Shown here in pieces: positions 58,241 through 64,000 of a stretch of DNA of 64,000 bases; position 1 is the first letter of the stretch, and the number at the start of each line of letters is the position of its first letter. The notes below the pieces were generated by a model. The model made no database searches. It was not told the origin of the DNA and saw nothing but the letters and a program-made list of their open reading frames with translations. A program made the translations under genes and the position numbers. Source of the DNA: Corallococcus coralloides (GTDB lineage: Bacteria > Myxococcota > Myxococcia > Myxococcales > Myxococcaceae). The stretch is from NCBI RefSeq assembly GCF_004104415.1, contig NZ_CP034669.1. The stretch is one strand, 5' to 3'.

Positions 58241-58996
58241 CTAGGACGCGGCGCGGACGTCGGAGTCCGAGGGGACGACTTCCAGCGAGCCCCGGCGCGA
58301 CAGGAGGTTCTCCAGCTTCAGCGCGTTGAGCTCCACCAGCTCCACCATGTTCTTGGCGTAGTTGCTGAAGAACAGGTGCGCCACGATGCAGAGCACCGCG
58401 ATGGAGAGGCCGAATCCCGTGTTGTACATGGCCTCCGAGATGCCGTTGGAGAGCAGCGCCTGCTTCTGCTCCGCCGGCACGTTGCCCAGCGCGCGGAAGG
58501 TGCCGATGAGGCCCACGATGGTGCCCACCAGGCCCACCAGCGTCGCGATGTTCGCGAGCGACCACAGCCACTGCACCCGGCGCGAGACGTGCGGCGTGTA
58601 CTCCGCCATCGCCTCCTCCACCGCCTTGGCCACCTCCAGCTCACCCCGGTTCGCGTTGATCAGCCCCGCGCGGATGACGCGGGCCAGGGGCGAGCGCGGC
58701 GCCATGCCGCAGAACTTCACCGCGCGGTCCAGGTTGCCGCTGCGGACCATCTTGTGGACCTGCTCGATGAACGCCGCCGCGTTGAGGCGGTAGCGGAAGA
58801 GCAGCGTCACCGCGCGCTCACCAATCACCGCCAGCGAAGCGGCCAGCCAGAACAGGTTCACGAACATGAACGGGCCGCCGGCCTTGAACGCGCCGACGAT
58901 GAAGTCCCCCAGGCCTCCAGAAGAAGCATGGCCCGCTGCCGCGGGGGCGGCCTCGGCCACCACCACACGCAGCAACTCACTGACAGAGGGAATCAT
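58241..58996 (-). CDS. exbB: MotA/TolQ/ExbB-family proton channel
   Basis: 3 TM helices; LSNGISEAMYNTGFGLSIAVLCIVAHLFF conserved channel helix. Confidence 0.88.
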   Translation of the reverse strand: MIPSVSELLRVVVAEAAPAAAGHASSGGLGDFIVGAFKAGGPFMFVNLFWLAASLAVIGERAVTLLFRYRLNAAAFIEQVHKMVRSGNLDRAVKFCGMAPRSPLARVIRAGLINANRGELEVAKAVEEAMAEYTPHVSRRVQWLWSLANIATLVGLVGTIVGLIGTFRALGNVPAEQKQALLSNGISEAMYNTGFGLSIAVLCIVAHLFFSNYAKNMVELVELNALKLENLLSRRGSLEVVPSDSDVRAAS

Positions 58997-59159
58997 CGCG
59001 ACCGCGTCCTTTCGCTGCCCCCCGCGCGCACCCCTGCCGCGAAACGGGCAGGAGGCATGCTGGCGGGCCGGGAGCAATCCCGACTTCTAGGACTTCGTGC
59101 GCGAGGGTGTCAAGCCAGGGGGCGGAGCCTACCCCCCTGGAATGACTGGGCTTTTGCGC

Positions 59160-61751
59160 TCAGGCTTCCACGGTCGGCGTGGGAGCAGGCACGGCCTCCG
59201 CGGAAGCCCCCGGAATGGCTGGCTCCACCACCTCGCGGCGGTAGTCGCATTCCTTGTTCGGGCAGGCGATGTAGGCGCCGTCCCGCTTGGAGAACTTCTG
59301 CAGCAGGTAGGGGGACGCGCACTGCGGGCAGGCTTCCGCGAGCGGCCGGTCCCACGCGGCGAACTTGCACTCCGGATACCGGTTGCAGCCGAAGAAGATC
59401 TTCCCGCGGCCGCTGCGGCGCTCGGTGAGGTAGCCCACCTTGCACTCCGGGCAGTTGACGCCAATGGAGATGGGCTTGGACGTCTTGCAGTCCGGGTAGC
59501 CCGAGCACGCCATGAAGCGCCCGAACCGGCCGCGCTTGATCACCATGGGCTTGCCGCACTTCTCGCACTTCTCGTCCGTGGTCTCCTCCTCCACGATGAC
59601 GATCTTCCCTTCCGCGTCCCGCTTGAAGTCCTTGGTGTTCTTGCAGTCGGGGTAGTTCGAGCAGGCGAGGAAGTGGCCCATCTTCCCGAACTTGATGACG
59701 AACGGGTTGCCGCACTTCTCGCAGGCGATGTCGGTCTTGATCTCCTCGCGCTTGACGTCGCGCATCTCCGCTTCGGCCTTCTCCAGGGTCTCCTTGAAGG
59801 GGCCGTAGAAGTCGCGCAGCACCGTCTTCCAGGACGCGCCGCCGTCGGAGATCTGGTCCAGCTTCTCCTCCATGCTGGCCGTGAACGACACGTCCAGCTC
59901 ATGGGGGAAGTGCTTCACCAGGAGCTCGTTGGTCATCTGCCCCAGGTCGGTGGGGCGGAAGCGGCTCTCCAGCTTCTCCACGTACTTCTTGTCCTGGATG
60001 TTGGAGAGGATGGCCGCGTACGTGGACGGACGCCCGATGCCGCGCTCCTCCAGCTCCTTCACCAGCGTGGCCTCGCTGAAGCGCGGAGGGGGCTGGGTGA
60101 AGTGCTGCTCGTTGAGCAGCTTGTCCAGCGTGAGGACCTCGCCCTCGTTGAGCGGGGGCAGCTCGCCCACCACGTCCTCGGCGCCCTCTTCACCCGCGGC
60201 CTTGGCCTTGTCGCGCTCGGACTCCTCTTCCGGCGTGAGGCCGGCGCCGTAGACGCCCAGGTAGCCGGGGAACTTCAGCGTGCTGCCGGACGCGCGGAAG
60301 GTGGCGCGGCCCGCGGTGATGTCCGCGGCCGTCTGATCATAGATGGCGGGCTTCATCTGGCACGCGACGAAGCGGTTCCAGATGAGCTCGTAGAGCCGGA
60401 ACATGTCCAGCTCGTCCATGGCGTCGAAGAAGGGACGCACGCGCTCGGGCGGGTACTCCAGGGACGTGGGCCGGATGGCCTCGTGCGCGTCCTGGGCGCT
60501 CTTGCGGCTCTTGTAGACCATGGGCTCCGGCGGCAGGTAGTCCGCGCCGTACTTCTGGCCAATGAACTCGCGCACCTGCGTCACGGCGTCGTCCGACAGA
60601 CGCGTGGAGTCCGTACGCATGTACGTGATGAGCGCCGTCTGGCCCTCTTCACCCAGCGGCACGCCTTCGTACAGCTTCTGCGCCAGCGTCATCGTCTTCT
60701 TGGCGGTGAAGTGCAGCCGGTTCGCCGCCTCCTGCTGGAGCTTGGAGGTGATGAAGGGCGCGGGCGCGTTGCGGCGGCGCTCCTTGCGGTCCACCTTCGC
60801 CACGGTGAAGGGGGCATCCTTCAGCTCCGCGACGAGCCCGTCCGTGGTGGCGCGGTCCTTGAGCTCCACCTTCTTGCCGTCCACGCGGGACAGCTTCGCC
60901 TTGAAGGGCGGCGGCCCCTGCGGGCCCTGCACCAGCGCGTCCAGCGTCCAGTACTCTTCCGGCTGGAAGGCCTTGATCTCCGCCTCGCGCTCGACGATCA
61001 GGCGCACCGCGACGGACTGCACGCGGCCGGCGGACAGGCCGCGGCGGATCTTCTTCCAGAGCAGCGGCGAGATTTGATAGCCGACGAGCCGGTCGAGGAT
61101 GCGGCGGGTCTGCTGCGAGTCGTAGTTGTCCTGGTTGAGCTCACGCGGCTGCGCGATGGCGTCCTGCACGGCGCGCTTGGTGATCTCGTTGAACGTCACC
61201 CGGAGCGAGTCCGGGTGGCCCAGCTCCTCCTTGATGTGCCAGGCGATGGCCTCGCCCTCGCGGTCGGGGTCCGTCGCCAGGAAGACGCGGTCCACCGTCT
61301 TGGCCATCTTCTTCAGCTCGTTGAGGACCTTCTCCTTGCCCTTGATGACCGTGTACTCGGGCTTGAAGTCGTCCTCCACGTCGACGCCGATCTTGCTCTT
61401 GGGCAGGTCCTTCACGTGCCCCACGGAGGCCTTCACCGTGTAGCCGGAGCCCAGGTACTTCTTGATGGTCTTGGCCTTGGCGGGCGACTCCACCACCACC
61501 AGGTAGTGCGGGCCCTTGCCACGGCGCTCGGGCACTTCCTCTTCGGCGTCCGCGTCCACGGTGGGGAGCTCGTCGGCGTCCGCGCCACGGCGGCGGGCCG
61601 CCGCCGTCTTCTTCTTGGCGGTGACCTTCTTCGCCGCCGTCTTCTTCTTGGCCGCCTTCTTGGCCGCCGGCTTCTTCGCAGCCGCCTTCTTGGGCGTCTC
61701 CTCCGCCGCCGCCTCCGTCTGCGCCGCCTGTGTCTTCTTCCGCGTGGCCAT
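59160..61751 (-). CDS. topA: DNA topoisomerase I with C-terminal C4 zinc ribbons and Lys/Ala-rich N-terminal tail
   Basis: Toprim (LVVVESPAKAKTI), catalytic region, repeated CxxC...CxxC ribbons (CEKCGNPF, CSNYPDCK, CEKCGKPM, CSGYPDCK, CPECK, CNRYPECK). Confidence 0.95.
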   Translation of the reverse strand: MATRKKTQAAQTEAAAEETPKKAAAKKPAAKKAAKKKTAAKKVTAKKKTAAARRRGADADELPTVDADAEEEVPERRGKGPHYLVVVESPAKAKTIKKYLGSGYTVKASVGHVKDLPKSKIGVDVEDDFKPEYTVIKGKEKVLNELKKMAKTVDRVFLATDPDREGEAIAWHIKEELGHPDSLRVTFNEITKRAVQDAIAQPRELNQDNYDSQQTRRILDRLVGYQISPLLWKKIRRGLSAGRVQSVAVRLIVEREAEIKAFQPEEYWTLDALVQGPQGPPPFKAKLSRVDGKKVELKDRATTDGLVAELKDAPFTVAKVDRKERRRNAPAPFITSKLQQEAANRLHFTAKKTMTLAQKLYEGVPLGEEGQTALITYMRTDSTRLSDDAVTQVREFIGQKYGADYLPPEPMVYKSRKSAQDAHEAIRPTSLEYPPERVRPFFDAMDELDMFRLYELIWNRFVACQMKPAIYDQTAADITAGRATFRASGSTLKFPGYLGVYGAGLTPEEESERDKAKAAGEEGAEDVVGELPPLNEGEVLTLDKLLNEQHFTQPPPRFSEATLVKELEERGIGRPSTYAAILSNIQDKKYVEKLESRFRPTDLGQMTNELLVKHFPHELDVSFTASMEEKLDQISDGGASWKTVLRDFYGPFKETLEKAEAEMRDVKREEIKTDIACEKCGNPFVIKFGKMGHFLACSNYPDCKNTKDFKRDAEGKIVIVEEETTDEKCEKCGKPMVIKRGRFGRFMACSGYPDCKTSKPISIGVNCPECKVGYLTERRSGRGKIFFGCNRYPECKFAAWDRPLAEACPQCASPYLLQKFSKRDGAYIACPNKECDYRREVVEPAIPGASAEAVPAPTPTVEA

Positions 61752-61774
61752 GGCTCTCCTACCTCGAACTGCCT

Positions 61775-62905
61775 CTAGACCTTCTCGTACCGTTTACCCG
61801 GGTGCTGGACCACCAGCCCCGACAATTCCAACTCCACCAGGGCGCTCGTGAGCGCCGCGGGAGACAGCGGGCTTGCGGCGAGCACCTCGTCGAACGAACG
61901 GGGAGCCCGGTCCAACAGCCCATAGGCCCCGCGCGCTTCCGCCGACAACGCCTCCCACCACCCGCTGTCCCGCCCCGCGGGCACCGCACGGACCGGATGA
62001 ACGCCCACGACCGCGCAAATCGCTTCCGCGGACGTGCAGGCCCGGGCCCGCCCGTCCGCCAGCAGGGCGTTGCAGCCCGCCGCGGCCGGCTGCCAGACAT
62101 CCCCTGGCAGGGCGAACACCGGCCGGCCCTGCGCCTGCGCCGCGTCCGCCGTGTACAGGGCCCCGGAGCCCTCCCCCGCCCGCATCACCAGCACCGCATC
62201 CGACGCGCCAGCGATGAGCCGGTTGCGCCGGGGGAAGGTCGTCGTGCTCGCCCGGACTCCGGGCGGCAGCTCGCTGAAGTACACCCCTCCCCGCTCCAGG
62301 AAGTGGGGCAGCAGCCGGGCCTGGGCGGGGTCCAACGCGTCCAGCGCGGAGCCCAGGAAGGCCCACGTCTCCGCACCCACATCCAGCGCGCCCCAGTGGC
62401 AGGCCCGGTCCACGCCCTCGGCCGCGCCCGACACCACCCCCACCCCGGCCTCCGCCACCTTCCGGGCGAACGTGCGCGCGAACGGCAGGAAGCCCTGGTC
62501 CGGATGGCGGCTGCCCACCATCGCCAGCCTGCGTCGGGGCGGCCCCGGGTTTCCCAGGAAGAACAGCAGCGGGGGCGCGTCCTCCAGCCCCACCAGCCGG
62601 GCGGGGTACGCCGGCGAGCCCGCGAAGGCCACCTGGAGCCCCGTCCGGGCACAGGCCTCCTCCGTCCGGGACGCCAGGGCGTCCAGGGATGCGACGGCGG
62701 CCAGCCGCTGGCGGACGGTCGCGGGCACCGGGACATCCGCCACCCAGTCCCGCACGGGCGCGGACGCGAGCCGGGACAGCGCCCCTCCGGCGAACGCGCG
62801 CACCGCGTCCAACGTCCGGGGCCCCAGGCCCGCAATGGCCCAGAGCGCCAGGGTGGCGCGCTGCTCGTCCCAGTGTCGGTGCGTATCCGTGTTTGTGTCC
62901 GCCAT
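61775..62905 (-). CDS. dprA: DNA-processing protein DprA (Smf)
   Basis: Rossmann-like DprA core (AMVGSRHP, VVSGAAEGVDRACH, GTLITA-like block) and C-terminal winged-helix region; adjacent to topA as is common. Confidence 0.85.
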   Translation of the reverse strand: MADTNTDTHRHWDEQRATLALWAIAGLGPRTLDAVRAFAGGALSRLASAPVRDWVADVPVPATVRQRLAAVASLDALASRTEEACARTGLQVAFAGSPAYPARLVGLEDAPPLLFFLGNPGPPRRRLAMVGSRHPDQGFLPFARTFARKVAEAGVGVVSGAAEGVDRACHWGALDVGAETWAFLGSALDALDPAQARLLPHFLERGGVYFSELPPGVRASTTTFPRRNRLIAGASDAVLVMRAGEGSGALYTADAAQAQGRPVFALPGDVWQPAAAGCNALLADGRARACTSAEAICAVVGVHPVRAVPAGRDSGWWEALSAEARGAYGLLDRAPRSFDEVLAASPLSPAALTSALVELELSGLVVQHPGKRYEKV

Positions 62906-63046
62906 GCCGTCCCCCGCCTGTTTCCCACCTATATAGAGGTGGTCCCGGGAGGGGCGTGACACATAACACCGGTTCTTCGAGGGTCAAGCGACCCGCCCTT
63001 CCCGGGCGGGTCGGAATGCAGCATTCCTGCCGATCGCCGCCTTCGT

Positions 63047-64000
63047 TCAGCGGCTGGCGGTGGGCGTCCCGTCCTTGCGCATGGTGGCGCGGTCACCCGC
63101 GGAGACCTCCACCATGGAGCGGGTCATCAGGCAGTTGGAGGTGCGCTCACGCACTTCGGTGACCATGCACTGGGCCACGGCCTCCCAGGGGTAGGTCTTC
63201 TGGCCCTTGCCCGCGTCGCCCATCTTGTAGTCGCTGCGGCCGAGCACATCCAGGCTGGGGTCGCCCCGGCGCTCGATGGTGAAGGTGTTGCCCACCTGCA
63301 CGCCGTCCGCGGTGCCGCGGTCCACGACGACGAAGTTGTGCTCGCCCAGGAGCGTCTGGCCCGGCGTCATCGGCGTGAGCACGACGCCGGGGATCTCCTT
63401 GCTGTTGGGCTTGGGGGAGATGCGCTCCGACAGCTTCTCGCTGGAGGGGCCCACCAGGTCGCCGCGGGAGATGGGGTCCCACGTCTCCATGATGCGCGCG
63501 GTGACCACGTCGTTGTTGATGGCGACGACCTGCACCGTGCCCAGGAGCTCCGTGAGGTAGCCCGTGCGCGCGTTCGTCACCGGGTGCTTCACCTCTTCCA
63601 CGGTGTGGAAGATGACGTAGCGGTCGCCAATCTTGGCGGCGCCGCGCTTCTTGAAGCGCAGGTAGACCTTCTCCGGGGCGGAGAGCATCAGCGCCTCGGA
63701 GGTCGAGCCCTCGATGCGGCCCGCTTCGTCCAGTTCGCGCGTCGTCACGAAGCCCTTGGTCGTCACCGGGCTGGACCTGGACGGGTCGAAGCCGATCTTC
63801 CCGACCACCGACACCAGGCTGCCGCCGCTCACGTCCGTGGGCGCCGACACGTCGTCGGAGGGCAGGTCCCCGCCTTCCACGCGCGCGGGCACCTCTTCGC
63901 CCCCCGCGAAGAACTTCACGTTGTTGCCGGGGTAGATCCAGTGCGGGTTGGCGATCTGCGGGTTGTAGGACCAGACCTTGGGCCAGTACCAGGGGCTGCC
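63047..64000 (-). CDS. LysM-like domain protein, runs off window end (N-terminus outside window)
   Basis: Frame stays open to position 64000; ...WSYNPQIANPHWIYPGNNVKF resembles the C-terminal half of a LysM motif; rest unrecognised. Confidence 0.5.
   Translation of the reverse strand, partial: GSPWYWPKVWSYNPQIANPHWIYPGNNVKFFAGGEEVPARVEGGDLPSDDVSAPTDVSGGSLVSVVGKIGFDPSRSSPVTTKGFVTTRELDEAGRIEGSTSEALMLSAPEKVYLRFKKRGAAKIGDRYVIFHTVEEVKHPVTNARTGYLTELLGTVQVVAINNDVVTARIMETWDPISRGDLVGPSSEKLSERISPKPNSKEIPGVVLTPMTPGQTLLGEHNFVVVDRGTADGVQVGNTFTIERRGDPSLDVLGRSDYKMGDAGKGQKTYPWEAVAQCMVTEVRERTSNCLMTRSMVEVSAGDRATMRKDGTPTASR

Noticed and set aside
59097-61778. 893-aa plus-strand ORF
   Set aside because: Antisense to topA.

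Overview
This is a high-GC (about 68-72% by eye) myxobacterial chromosomal window, probably Myxococcus or Corallococcus; two large secreted proteins end in MYXO-CTERM sorting tags. It is mostly densely packed housekeeping and envelope genes on both strands: gcvT (partial), metF, hom, folD, pyrD, coaE, engB, argD, hslVU, trmFO, topA, dprA, an exbB-exbD-exbD motor cluster, a GT4 glycosyltransferase plus O-antigen ligase pair, an Hsp70/J-domain/TPR triad, an OmpA protein, a multihaem cytochrome c, a choice-of-anchor-D giant lipoprotein and an M36 fungalysin-type metalloprotease.

Three accessory regions stand out.

(1) A roughly 2.8 kb low-GC island (about 50% GC, 9.06-11.9 kb) carries a single 761-aa gene. 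The protein has an N-terminal Mrr/NERD-like nuclease-fold region fused to a NACHT-type STAND NTPase (Walker A GDYGAGKST; Walker B VVVLLDGFDE). The island sits inside a tandem array of small Cys-rich lipoprotein paralogs, and the third paralog is 5'-truncated. This is a candidate single-gene bNACHT/Avs-like antiphage defence island and the best candidate for an undescribed system.

(2) A 2130-aa lipoprotein RHS/YD-repeat polymorphic toxin (43.7-50.1 kb) carries a low-GC C-terminal HNH nuclease tip. Its stop overlaps the start of a downstream immunity gene, and a second, orphan immunity-like gene follows.

(3) A double-CXXCG protein (SitI-like immunity candidate) lies next to a tiny lipoprotein ORF that may be a degraded SitA toxin.

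I saw no rRNA, tRNA or CRISPR. Several very long antisense ORFs are GC-driven artefacts.
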